A DNA stretch of 64,000 nucleotides from the human T2T-CHM13v2.0 reference genome, Homo sapiens. The notes below the pieces were generated by a model that had not been told where the DNA came from, made no database searches, and was given only the letters and a program-made list of their open reading frames with translations. The translations under genes were made by a program, and so were the position numbers. Below, piece by piece: positions 15,745-28,549 of this stretch. The stretch's first letter is position 1. Every line of letters begins with the position of its first letter. Location: assembly GCF_009914755.1 (NCBI RefSeq), contig NC_060947.1; one strand, given 5' to 3'.

Positions 15745-16940
15745 ATAACCTCTACCCTCCAATATACAGTTGTCTTCTAAATATTGCCATTTGAAAGCCT
15801 CACACCACTCTCAAACTTAAAATATATAAAATTAAGCAACCCAAATGTCCAATGATGGAAATTGGATAAACAAAATATAGTATATCCATAGAATGGAGTA
15901 TTATTTAGCCTTAAAAACGTAGAAAATCTTGTCACATCATGCTACAACATGGATGAAACTTGAAGACATTTATGCTAAGTAAAATAAGCTAGTCACAATA
16001 AGACAAATACCGTACGATTTCACTTACTTGAGGTATCTAAAAGAGTCAAATTCATAGAAACAGAAAGTGGAATAGTGATTATCAGGGGCTAAGGGAAGCA
16101 GAAAATGGGGAACTGTTGCTAAATGTGTATAGCGTTTCAGTTTTGCAAGACCAAAATTTCTGAGAACTTGGTTGTACAACAATATTAATATGCTTAACAC
16201 TGCTGCAGTGTACATTCAAAAGTGGTTAAAATTATAAATTTTATTACATTTTTAAACTAAAATTCTGACAATTACATATGAGAAAAATTATATATTAAAA
16301 ATAATATATGGATATTAAAATAAAATTTATATTCTTCAGTCAAATCTTTTTTTTCCCAGTCTTCATCTAATGGGCATACCTGAGTTGAACAAGCTAGAAT
16401 CATGAGTCACACTTGATAAATATCTCCCTTTCATTTCTCACCACCAATTTAGCACCAATTCCTGCCTAATTTTCCTTCAAAATATTTCTTGAACATGTTC
16501 ATTTACTTTGAGTTATACTGCTCCAAACTTTATGCAAACCATTATTATTATTCTGTGTGCAGTCTCCTAATCTGTCTTCTAACACTAGATTTTTCTCCGC
16601 TCCGAAACGTTATTCTCACAGCATTCAATATATTAAAAACAGTGATTAATTGGGATATGTCTTGTCATTGAATAAATTATCCTATGGTTTCCCTTTGCTC
16701 ATTTAAAGTCTTACGGTCTTCAGGTCTGTACACCAGACTAATCACATGTTATTCTCACCCTCACTCTTCGCATTTCTGCCAGACTGCTCTTTCACTTCTT
16801 CCAAGATGTCACATTTTCTCAATCTCAAGGATTTTATTCCTGATGTTTCCTCTACACTAGACTACTCTGGAAAAAAAATATATACTCATTTTTTCTGATC
16901 TCATCTTATGTAACTTCCTCAGATGCATTTCATTTATCCA
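15745..16940 (+). mobile_element. L2 LINE remnant, interrupted by L1MB
   Basis: ctctcaaacttaaaatatataaaat before the L1MB and gaatcatgagtcacacttga...agcaccaattcctg...agtctcctaa after it resemble the L2 3' region. Confidence 0.6.
15834..16300 (+). mobile_element. L1MB (L1MB2-3-like) 3' end
   Basis: aagcaacccaaatgtcc...gtcaaattcatagaaacagaaagt...gtttcagttttgcaaga. Confidence 0.85.
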
Positions 16941-16959
16941 CTAAAAATTGTAGCTCTTG

Positions 16960-19180
16960 TTTTAATGTAGCATACACAAGTAAAAGTACACAAAGTATAA
17001 GTGAAAAGCTCAACAAGCTTTTCAACTATGAAAACAACCATATTAACCACCAAGTCAAAAAACAGAAGGTCTCTTTTGTTTTCCTAGAAACAAACTCCTG
17101 CCTTAACAGTATAAATTAGTTTTGCCTGCATTTTAATTTTGTGTAAATGGAAGATTTCTATGTGTACCCTTGCACATAGATTGTACTTAATATTAAGTTT
17201 ATGAGATGCATACATGTCGTTTTTCTGGTTGTTGTTTCTTTTCATTGCTGTAAAGATTTTTAGCCTATGAATAAACCAAAATATGTTACTCCATTCTACT
17301 GTAGATAGACATGTACACTGTTTCCAGATATCCTTATCAAGTATAATGCTGCTACAAATATTTTTAACATTGTTATGTGTTTTTTTGTGCTCAACTGCAG
17401 AAATTTCTGTTGAATATGTGCTGAGGAGTAAAATTACTAGGTCACAGAATATGGTGGTGTTAATTTTAATAATACTGACAGTTTTCTTAAATGTTTTACC
17501 AATTTATACTCCGACAAGTATTATATAAGAGTTACAGTTGCTTCATATCCTCACAACACTTGATATTTATAGTGTTTTTCATTTTTGCAATTCTGTTGCA
17601 TAAGTAGTTAAAATTTAAATTTTCCTAATAATTAGTAACATTGAACACCTTTTTATGTGCATATTGATTATTAGGATGCACTTTTCCTGAAGGGCCTATT
17701 AAAGTCATTTGCCCATCTTTAAATTGGTGTTTTCTGTTTTTTTTCAAAGTTTCTTTTTCTTACTGATTTTGAGGAGTTGTTTATATATTCTGGATATATT
17801 AGTATGCTTAACACTACTGAAGTGCACATTCAAAAGTGGTTAAGATGGTAAATTTTTATTACATTTTTAAACTAAAATTCTAAAAATTACATATATTAAA
17901 ATAATATATAAATATTAAAATGAAATTTGTATTCTTCACTCAAATCCTTTTTTCCCAGTCTTTCTCATGCAGTGCGTATAACTGAGGTGAACAAGCTAGA
18001 ATCACATGAGTCACACTTGATAAATATCTGCCCTTCAGTTCTCACAACCAATTTAGCACCGATTCCTGCCTAATTCTGTATATATGTGCTTTGTTGTGTG
18101 TATGTATAAAAAAAATCTTGTCAAACAATATGATTGGAATTTTTACTCTCTGAATGATATCTTTTTTTTTTTTTTTTTTGAGACAGAGTCTCGCTCTGTC
18201 ACCCAGGCTGGAATGCAATGGCACTATCTTGGCTCACTGCAACCTCCCTCTCCCGGCTCCCAGGTTCAAGTGATTCTCCTGCCTCAGCCTCCCGAGTAGC
18301 TGGGATTGCAGGTGTCCACCACTATGCCCGGTTAATTTTTGTATTTTTAGTAGACACAGGGTTTCACCATGTTGGCCAGGCTGGTCTCAAACTCTTGACC
18401 TCAGGTGATCCACTTGCCTCGGCCTCCCAAAGTGCTAGGATTACAGGCATGAGCCACCGCGCCTGGCCTCTGAGTGATATCTTTTGATAAACAAAGATTT
18501 TTAATTTAAATATGGTCCAATTTATATTTTTCTCTCTGTGGTTAGCATATTTGGTGTCCTTTTTGACAATTTTTGCCTAACTCCAATGTGTGTATATTCT
18601 ATTTTGTAACAACCTAATTGTTTTAGGCTTACATTTAAATTTGCAATATATTTCATATGTGGTCTTGTACATGAGAATAAGTAGCCTCAAGATTATCTTT
18701 TTTAAAAAATGATATCCAATTTGATACAGCACAGTGTATTCAGAAAAGCATTTATTCTCTACACCAGAGCAGTGTTATTTATTTTTGTCATGAATGGGTT
18801 GACTGATATAGGTGTAGGTGTATTCATGAATTCTATATTCTGGCCCTTCAGTCTATTAGTATATCCTTGCACCAACAAACATACTTATCAATTGTATAAT
18901 ATTAAAAATAAATGATATATAGAAGTTCATATTGTCCAACTTTGTTCTTCTTAACCAAGATTGCCTTGATAATTGTTGGGCCATTTTTTTGTTTATTTTA
19001 AAAAGCTCTAATTTTCTGCAATAAAACATATTACTACTTTTTAAGCTTCTTTTAAAACTTCATTATTAAGTATGGTGTTTACTGTTGGGTTATGTAGATA
19101 ATCCTTATTGGATTAAAGAAGTTTCCACTTCTTCCTAAGTGTATTTTTTGTGTTGCTATGATTATGTATTATTTTTAGAA
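16960..19180 (-). mobile_element. L1ME-type 3' end and ORF2, hosting a templated insert, an Alu and the L1PA16; continues at 24160-25600
   Basis: Degenerate antisense L1M 3' and ORF2 text (gttacagttgcttcatatcctcacaacacttg; tccaactttgttcttctt). Confidence 0.7.
18162..18468 (-). mobile_element. AluSx-like
   Basis: Dimeric Alu with ctcaggtgatcc. TSD tctga(a/g)tgatatctttt at 18149-18165 and 18469-18485. Confidence 0.93.
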
Positions 19181-19190
19181 ATTCTTTTTT

Positions 19191-22100
19191 TTTTCTGTTG
19201 GGTTGGTGGCAATGTGCCCTTTGTTATTGCTGAATGTGTTTATTTGCATCTCCTTTTTTTAATTTATTGGCCTAGCAAGTGGTCTATCAATCTCATTTAT
19301 TCTTTCAAAAACACTTTTTAGTTTTGTTGGTCTTTTCTATGGTTTTTCACACCTCAGTTTTACTCAGTTCAGCTCTAATTTTGTTTTTTTTTTTTCTTCT
19401 GCTAGCTTTGGTAGAGCATTTCTGCTTCCTCTAGGTGTGATGCTGGGTTGTTAATATGAGATTTTTCTAACTTTTTGATGTGGTTATTTAGCACTATACA
19501 TTTTTAACACTGCTTTAGCTGTGTCCCAGAGATTCTGGTATCTTTGTTTTCACTAGTTTCAAAGAATTTCTTGATTTCTGCCTTAATTTTATTGTTTACA
19601 AAAATCTTACTCAGGAGCAGGTTGTTTAATTTTCATGTAACTGTGTAGTTTGAGAGATCTTCTTAGTATTGATTTCTATTTTTATTGCACTGTGGTCTAA
19701 AAATGTGGTTTGTATGATTTCAGTTTATATGAACTTGTTGAGAATTGTTTCATGGCCAGGCGTGTGGTTGATTTTAAAGTATGTGCCACTTGCTGATGAG
19801 AAGAACGTATATTTTGTTGTTGGGTGTAGCGTTCTGTGGTTGTCTGTTAGGTCCATTTGGTCAAGTGTTGAGTTTAGGTCCCAATATCTTTGTTAATTTT
19901 CTGCCTCAATAATCTAATACTGGTAGTGGGGTGTTGAAGTCTCCCACTGTTATTGTGTGATTATCTAAGTCTCTTTGTAGGTCTCTAAGAACTTATTTTT
20001 ATAAATCTAGGTGCTCTAGTATTGAGTGTGTATATATTTAGGATAGATAAGGCTTCTTGTTGAGGAAGACTTTGTCTATTTAACCCTTTATCATTATGTA
20101 ATGCCCTTCTTTGTCTTTTTTTCATCATTGTTGGTTCAAAGTCTGTTTTGTCTGAAATTGAAATAGCAACCTCTGCTTTTTTTTATTTTCCATTTGCATT
20201 GTAAATTATACTCCATCCCTTTACTTTGAGCCTATGAGTCATCACGCGAGATGGGTCTCCTGAAGACCATTGTGTCTTGATTCTTTATGCAATTTGCCAC
20301 GCCGTGCCTTTCAAGTGGGGTGTTTAGCATGTTTACATTTAAAGTTAATATTGATACGTTAAAATCTGATCCTGTCATCATGTTGTTAGCTGGTTGTTAT
20401 GCAGACTTGATTGGGTGGTTGTTTTATAGTGTCAAGGACTTATGTTCTTATGTGTGCTTTTGTGGTGTTCAGTAAGTCTTTCATTTCCATGTTTAGCACA
20501 CTCTTAAGGACCTCTTGTAAATCAGGTCTGGTGGTATTGAATTCCCTTAGCGTATGCTTTCCTGAAAAGCATTTTATTTCTCTTTCACATATGAAGCATA
20601 GTTTCGCTAGATACAAATTCTTGGTTGGAATTTCGTTCTTTTAAGGATTTTGAATATAGGCCCCCTATCTTTTCTGACTTTTAGGGTTTCTGCTGAAGGG
20701 TCCACCATAAGCCTAATGAGGTTCCCTTTGTAGCTGTCTGGCCCTTTCTAGCTGCCTTTAATATTTTTTTCTTTCATGTTGACCTTGGAGAATCTGATGA
20801 CAATTTGTCATGCAGAGGAATGTCTTGTATAGTATCTCATAGGGATTCTCTGAATTTCCTGAATTTGAATGTCATTCTCTTGAGTGAAGCGGGGGAAATT
20901 TTCAAGGATAATATCTTCAATATGTTTTCCATGTTACTTGCTCTCTCTCCCTCTCTTTCAAGGACACCAATGAGTTGTAGGTTTGGTCTTGTTAAATAAT
21001 CCTATATTTCTCAAGATTTTGTTTAGTTTTTATTTCTTTTTTTTTTCTTTATTTTTGTCTGACTGAGTTGATTTAAAGAACCATTCTTCGTTCTCTGAGA
21101 TTTCTTTCCTCAACTTGGTCTATTCTGCTGTTAATACTTCTGATTGTATACATGTATACATGAAATTCATGTAGTGATTTTTTTTTTCAGTTCTATCAGA
21201 TCAGCTTTGGTTATTTCTTAAAATGACTATTTCATCCTTGAGCTCCTGTATCATTTTATTGGATTCGTTAGATTTCTTGTTTTCAGTTTTGACTTTCTCC
21301 TGAATCTTGAAAATCTTCCTTGCAGTCCAGATTCTAATTTCTATGTCTGTCATTTCAGCCATTTTAGCCTGGGTAAACACCATTGCTGGGGAGCTAGTAC
21401 AGTCATTTGGAGTTAAGAAGCAAACTGGTTTTTTGAGAAACCAGAGTTTTTGCACTGGTTCTTTCTCATCTGTGTGGGCTATTGTTCCTTTAATCTTTGA
21501 AGTTGCTGTCCAGCATATGGGGCTTTTTTCTTTTATATCCTTTGATGCCCTTGGGAGTTTGATTGTGGTATCAGCTGGGCTCAGTTGACTGCTTTTGTTT
21601 CTCAGTGATTTCAGGGGGCCAACCCACAGCTCAGTACCCCTGGACTGTGTGCTCCAACATTTGAGGAGTGGTACTAGGCCTGGAGCTTTGTTTTCTGGTC
21701 CCTCAAAGTTAAGCACCTGCTGTGCTGAAGGGGCTGAGGTGTTCCCAGTTCCCTGACAACAACAGTACAAAGAGTGCCAGCAAAAACACTTCATTGAGGA
21801 GGTGGCAGAAGTGCCCATATCCTTGTGTGCACCAGTAGCAGTGGTGTAGCAGGGTTAGCATGTGCTGGAGGGGGCGGGGCAATGGTGATAAGGTCTGCAT
21901 GCATGTGTGCCAGTGGCAACAGAGTGGTGAAGTCCCTGTGTGCACATGTGCCAACATACTGGTGGAGTGAGGCTGTGGGTGAGTGTGCCCTCACAAAGCA
22001 GTGGGAGAGGCTGCAGTTGGATGCCCATTGGCAGGGTCTCATCTGTTGAAGATCTCTGATGGTTAGGTGGAGTCTTCTGGTGAAAAACTATGGTGGCAGC

Positions 22101-24151
22101 CACCATATAGTGCTCCAGTTAGGCATCTGAGGCTGTCCTACAAGAGGGCACAGCCAAGCAAGGAACATGGGAGAGGCCAGGAGACCTGACATCACTCAGA
22201 TAAGACTGCCCTGCTGCTGGACAGGACCACTCTGCTCTGTTCAGGTCCAACAGTCAACAAAGGCCAAAGCTACCTAGAGGAGCATGATGGGCCTTTGGAA
22301 ATGGGCATCCCTGGCCATGCTTCACTTCAGCTGCAGCAGCAGCCTGCAGTCTTGTCTCTGCTATCTCTCCAAGCAACTCTCCCTGTAAACTCAAAAGTCT
22401 GTAGGGATTGAGGGGTCTACTGAAGTTAGCATTCTGGAAGTCTGTGGTGACAGTGGACCACTCCTCACTGATCAACTCACCACTTCCCCAGGAGCAACTG
22501 GTGGCCAGGAATGAATACTGGTGCTCATCAGTCCCATGCAGGGTTCACAGCTTCCTCTTCCTTTATTCTGTAATCCGAATCTTTCCTCCATCCACTCTCA
22601 GTGCCTTCCTTCCAAAGGTCAGCTTAGAGTGTGCCAGTTTTCTTGATGGTCTGGTCTCTCAGTGGGAGATGCCCCTTGTGACTTCGTCTAGTCAGCCGTC
22701 AGAGACTATTAAGAACATCTCTATGTACACAAACTAGAAAACCTAAAGGAAATGGATAAATTCCTGGAAACATAAAACCTCCTAAGATTGAACAAAGAAG
22801 AAATTGAAACCCTGAAAAGACCAATAACAAGTTCTGAAATTGAGTCAATAATAAAAAGCCTACCAACCAGAAAATCCTTGGACCAGACAGACTCACAGCC
22901 AAATTGTCTACCAGCTGTATAAAGAAGAGCTGGTACCAATCTTACTGAAGCTATTTAAAAAAAAATGTGAAGGAGAAATTCTTCTCTAATTCATCCTGTG
23001 TGGCTAGCATCTTTCTGATACCAAAACCTGGCAGAGACACAATGAAAAAAGAAAAATTTAAGCCAATACCCCTGATGAACATAGGGGCAAAAATTTACAA
23101 CAGAATACTAGCAAACCAAATCCAGCAGCACATCCAAAAGCTAATTTAGCACAATCAAGTAGACTCTATTCCTAGTATTCAAGGTTGATTAAACATACAC
23201 AAATCAATAAATGTGATTTATCAAATAAACAGAACTAAAACCAAAAACCACATGTTAATATCAATAGATGCAGAAAAGGCTTTTGATAAAATTCAACATC
23301 CTTTATGTTAAAACCCATCAACAAACTAGACATTGAAAAAAAACATCCCTCGAAAGAGGACAAACACACAGCCAACAAGCATATGAAAAAATGCTCAACA
23401 TCATTAACCATTAGAGAAATGCAAATCAAAACCATTATGATACACTAACTCATACCAATTTGAATGACTATAATTAAAAGTCAAAAAGTATCAGATAATT
23501 GCAAGGGTGTGGAGAAAAGGGAATGCTTATACACTACTGGTGGGAATGTAAATTATTTCAGTCACTGTGGAAAGCAGTTTAGAGCGTTCTCAGAGAACTT
23601 AAAACAGAGCAACGATTCAACCCAGCAGTCCAATCACTGAGTTAATACCCAAATGAATATAAATCATTGCATCATAAAGACACATGCACTTGTATGTTCA
23701 TTGCAGCACTATTCACAACAGCAAATACATGGCATCAGTCTAGCTGTCTATCAATAGTGTACCGAATAAAAATACATTGAACGTGTGCACCATGGAATAC
23801 TACACAGCCATAAGAAGAAAGAAATTGCGTTCTTAGCAGAAAGATGAATGGAGCTAGAGTCCATTTTCCTAAGCAAATTAACACAGAAATGGAAAAGCAA
23901 ATACCACATGTTCTTATTTATAAGTGGGAGCTAAACGTTGAGTACTGATGGACACAAAGATAGGAACCATAGACAATGGGGATTATTTGAGGATGGAGGA
24001 TGGGAGAAGGGTGAGGATCAAAAAGCTATCTATCAGGTACTGTGTTTATTACCTGGGTGATGAAATAATCTGTACTTCAGACCTCAGCATCGTGGAATAT
24101 CCCCATGTAACAATCCTGCAAATGGACCCCCTGAACCTAAAATAAAAGTTG
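19191..24151 (+). mobile_element. Near-full-length L1PA16/17-like element: 5' 3.5 kb inverted (19191-22700 on minus strand), with an internal ORF2 deletion
   Basis: The minus segment holds 5'UTR, ORF1 and ORF2 start. The plus segment resumes at the adjacent ORF2 position (tcagagact...) and runs to the 3'UTR (ctgaacctaaaataaaagtt). Degenerate TSD at 19178-19198 and 24152-24172. Confidence 0.88.
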
Positions 24152-24159
24152 GAAATAAT

Positions 24160-25600
24160 TTTTTTTTGCTGTATCTATCAAAACAGATATGTGATTTTCT
24201 ACTTTTAAAAATGTGATGAATTGTATTGGTTGATTTTAAATCATTTTTGCATTATTTGGATAAACTCAGTTGCTCATGTTGTGTTATTTATTTGTGTATC
24301 ACAGAATTTTTCAAAGGTTTACCATTCATATTTATTAGATATATATTTTCTAGAATTCCTATTTCTCAGGTTTTGAGATCAAGGTCATATTGCCCCATAA
24401 GTGAAATGAGAATTATTCAGTGTTCTGTATTTATCATGTTCTTTGGAAATTTTGTAAAACATTAGTATAATTTTTTGACTAGAAGTTTTGCAAAAACTCA
24501 TCATTGAAACTACTTAAGACTGGAATTTTTTTTTTCCAAAGGCTCTTAATGGCAGAGTTAATTCATTTAACAGACATGAAGTACTTACGTTTTCTATTTC
24601 TTATAGTTCAGTAAATTGTTTAGGTGCTTAGTCAACTAAATTATTAAAATTATTAGCATAAAATGTTCATATTGTCTTTTTTTGTATGTGTAGGGCAAAT
24701 CCCATTTTATTCCTGATATTCATAATTTTTATTTTCTCTCTTTCTTGATTTATCTGCCAGAGTTTTCTCAATTTTATAAGTAATGCAAGATGGCCATTGC
24801 TTTTCTCATTTTTTCTATATATATATACTAGTAGGTTAGTTACCCTAACATATTTTTTCTCCTTCATGAATATGTTGGTTGGGTGTCCTTCTGTCTTTGC
24901 ATCCATTAGGCTTAGTCCAGTCTGCAAGTTAGCGTTGGATTTTCTCCAGGTTTCTCTCATTTTCCTTCAACTAGCAAACATTCTGTGCATGTTCTACTTG
25001 TGTCAGATCGCAAAAGCGCAAGTGGGGAAGGAGAAAAGTCTAATGTTTTCTTAAGACTTAGATTTGGATAAAACACAAAATCATTTCAAACCACATTCTC
25101 TTGGCTAAAGCAAGTCATAAGGCCAAGCAAAAATTCATGTGGTGAGGAAGTAATCTTTGCCTGTGGTGGAAGACAGTGTAAAGTCACAAAGCAAGTGATA
25201 GGCATGTCCAATTCTATTAACTGAGAAAGAGAAGAGTTGGCAGCAACCATCCAATTCATTGCCTTATTCTTGTCAAAGAATTAAATTTTGGCTTTAGTTA
25301 TTTTCTTTATTAAACATTTGTATTTTATCTTATATATTTTTGTTGTTATATTTATTTATACCTTCTATTTTTTATGGACTAGTTATTTGTAGTTTTTGTC
25401 TCGATTGTATTGTTGTAAGCTTAGATTATTTGATTTTTCCTGCTTTTGTATCAAATATGTGTACAAAGGAAATAAAATTCCCTCGAAATGATTAACTGTA
25501 TCCTATAACTTTTAATATATTGTATTTTTATTCTTATTCAGTTAAAATTATTTTCTAATTTATCTTGAAGTTTTTAATTGGCCTATATTTAATCATTTGA
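24160..25600 (-). mobile_element. L1ME-type ORF2 continuation
   Basis: ctgtatctatc...gtgatgaattgtattggttgatttt is antisense L1 ORF2. Confidence 0.65.
24825..25260 (-). mobile_element. MLT1 (H/I/J-like) LTR
   Basis: ccacattctcttggctaaagcaagtcataaggccaagc is the MLT1 signature. Confidence 0.65.
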
Positions 25601-25639
25601 GGGGGAATGTATAGCTCAAATTCAAAAAATAGGCAATTA

Positions 25640-26490
25640 TACTGTCTTATGGGGATTCTGACAATTACTAAATACCTATTTTAATTTTGCATTGTGTAAC
25701 TGAGGAAATAACCACAGGATGTGTTTGAGTACCAACTGGACCCACTTTTCATGGATGTGAGATAAAATTCCATTGATCATCTGACCTCCATAAGCTCCTA
25801 CTCTGACTGGTAGGCCATAATGATGTTTGGAGTCCCCAGGTATTATTTCAGAGTCAGAGTTTAGTAGTCTCTACAAGGTATGATTATTTCCTCTTCTCCA
25901 ATGCACAGTTAGCTTGGTAAAAGGCCAAAAGTCCCCTTGAGGAAGGCTGGAAGAAAGATTGATAGTATAAAGTTTTTGTAGTATATCAAGGTCTTCTTCA
26001 AGGAGACACAGCCTTCCCTTCATTCAAGGGGTCTGAATCTATAAAGAGGCTCAAGTATGGGAATTGATTGAGAGGCCATTCTCTTTGTTTTTATGATTTA
26101 GGTTAAACTTTTATTCATTTCACCTATAGCTTTTCTGCTTATCAAATAAGAATTTAATAGGCTTCCTATACAATTTATCTTTGGAAACACCAAGGTCAAT
26201 TAGCCAATGCCATAGTTTTATAAGAGTCAGTTTTTTCTGATTGCTGCTTTGACTCTGCTATTCATTACAGTAAGCATGCCCACCTTGCCTTTGGTACTTA
26301 AGTGTTGACACTTGGCCCATGCCACTTGGGGTCCTTTCAGTGTCACTGCATATAGGTTTTCTAGTTCAGTGGAGGTAGTTCCCACTATAAGATCTTACCT
26401 ACAGAGAACAATCATGGAGCTCTTCATGGATGCTGGCTCTCTCCTCACAATTTATTTCCTCAGTATTGGTGAAAGATACGCTTTCTTGAC
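25640..26490 (-). mobile_element. ERVL (HERVL/ERVL-E-like) internal gag-protease fragment, no LTR
   Basis: The reverse complement contains cctctcaatcaattccc, gaccccttgaatgaaggg, gtaggagcttatggaggtcag and gtgggtccagt, as in ERVL gag/pro. Confidence 0.8.
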
Positions 26491-26529
26491 ATAAATGCAT
26501 ACATAAATATCTTCATCAGTGGTATTCAT

Positions 26530-28545
26530 TTTTTATGTGGATTTAAAATACCCTGGTGTAATTTGCTTTCAGCATTTTACTATTTCTTGTAATGTGAGCC
26601 TGCTTGCAACACATTTTCAGTTTTTGTTTATTTTGAAATATCTTTATTTCTCCTTCATTTTTGTGTAAGAGTTTTGGTGGATATAAGATTCTTGGTTGAC
26701 GGTTGTTTTTAATTTTGCCATCTTAAATATGTCATTTCACTGTCTTCTGAACTCCATTGTTTTTCATAGAACGTCAGCTAAGATTTTATTAGAGTTATCT
26801 TGTACTCAATGAGTTTTGTTTCTCCTACTGCTTTCAAAATGTTTTCTTTGTCTTTCAACATTTGACTATGCTGTGTTGTGTTATGGATCTCCTTGTGTTT
26901 ATACTACTTGAGGCTTAGTTTGGCTTCTTGGACATAAGTACTAATGTTTTATATTAAATTTGTGAAATTTTTAGTCATTTGTTATTTAAATATACTTCCC
27001 AATTCTTTCTGTCTCTCCTTTCTTTCTGGTATTTTCATTATGTATACATTGGTTTATTTATCGCTGTTCCACATTTCTGAGGTGCTGTTTATGTTTCCTT
27101 ATTTTTTTCTCTCTCCTTCAGACAGCATAATTTCTATTGATGTGTATTCAAGTTGGCTGATTCCTTTTTCTGCCAGCTCAAATCTATTGTGGAACTACTC
27201 TATTAAATTTTCTATATTGATTGTTGTACTTTTTAGCTCCAGCATTGTCATTTGATTCCTTTTTGTAATTTCTATGACTTTATTGATGTTCTCTACTTCA
27301 TAAGAAATTGTCATCATACCTCCTTTTTAATTCTTTCAGCATGACTGTGTTGGGCTATTTCAGTGAAATCTATTTCTCTCACAGTATCAAGTCTCTGATG
27401 CTGCTCCTTACAGGCCACAGCCTTGTGCATTCATATAATCTCTGAAAATCAGATATTACTGGTTTTAGATGGGCTCTTTTTAACTGCTATTTCCTTGACC
27501 ATTTTAAGTTTTCAGCTATCTGCTCTATTAGAATCATATGTATCTGTTAGCTTTATCTTGTTGGTAGGTAAATTGCTCTATTGCTTTCAACCTTTGAATT
27601 TTTGCCCTTTGAAATAAATTGCTCCATAGTCCATTAAATTTTGGTCTTCTGACAGGGGCAGGTTGTTGTCAGTCTTTAAGGCTTGCCCTGACCCTACCCT
27701 GGACAAAAATTCTGAGCTATTTAGCTGGAGGTGGAGGAGGGAGAATGAAGAACTCAGTCTTCATGGCTGCCCCACTCAGATCCTACCTATGTAGCTGAAT
27801 CTGTGTATGTGTATGTGCTTATGGGCAGTGAAAATTGAGCCAGCTGGTTGCTACCACTGCTTTTGTATAAAACTTCTGCAGCCCCAAGCCAGGAATAATA
27901 AAAATCTTTCAATGTTGACCAGCTTCTAAAGATACCAGGGATAGACCTTTCAACCAGTAAGCTAGGGATGTAGTAGTTGCCACTCAGCTGTTAAGCCCAT
28001 TGGAGCAGCTTTCCCACAACGCAGAGCTATGCCATAAAGGAATATTGCAGTTTTTATCATTTGCCCCATGTGGATTGCCATTACATAATGGGAATGGAAA
28101 ACAGGTACCACCTGGCTCTTACTACTTGCTCAATATAAGCTATCCACAGCATAGTGCTGTGGAAAATGGGATCTGTTTATTTTAACTGGCTGAGAAACCT
28201 CCCAGAATAACTCTTCCAGCATAATGAGCTGTGAAAGTTGGGAAACTATCTCTTAGCTGTAGCTGCTGATCTCACTATAACAGTTTTTTCTTTTCTTTTC
28301 TTTTTTTTTTAAACAAGACAGAGCTGTGAGGTAATGTGTAGAGTTCTTGGCTTGAATCCCATTGCTCCTAAATGTTTTTGTTTTCTAAAGGTTTTGTTGA
28401 AGAAATGGTTCTCAATTTGTTTTAAGCCCTTTGATCAATGTCTAAAGATTTTGAACAATTACATTTAACAATTTTGATCAATTTAATAGAGTATATCTAG
28501 CAGAAAGTTTCTCTGAGTTACTTATACTGCCATTCTGGAAAATCC
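26530..28545 (-). mobile_element. Old L1M ORF1 and 5' region
   Basis: tttatttctccttcattttt...ggatataagattcttggttgac is antisense ORF1. Confidence 0.65.
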
Positions 28546-28549
28546 TCTC

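Noticed and set aside
18084-18487. Alu-overlapping ORFs (also at 31612, 44400-44977 and 60851-61315)
   Set aside because: Typical Alu translations.
21201-21818. 205-aa ORF
   Set aside because: Read-through of L1 5'UTR into the ORF1p N-terminal remnant (MAEMTDIEIRIW...).
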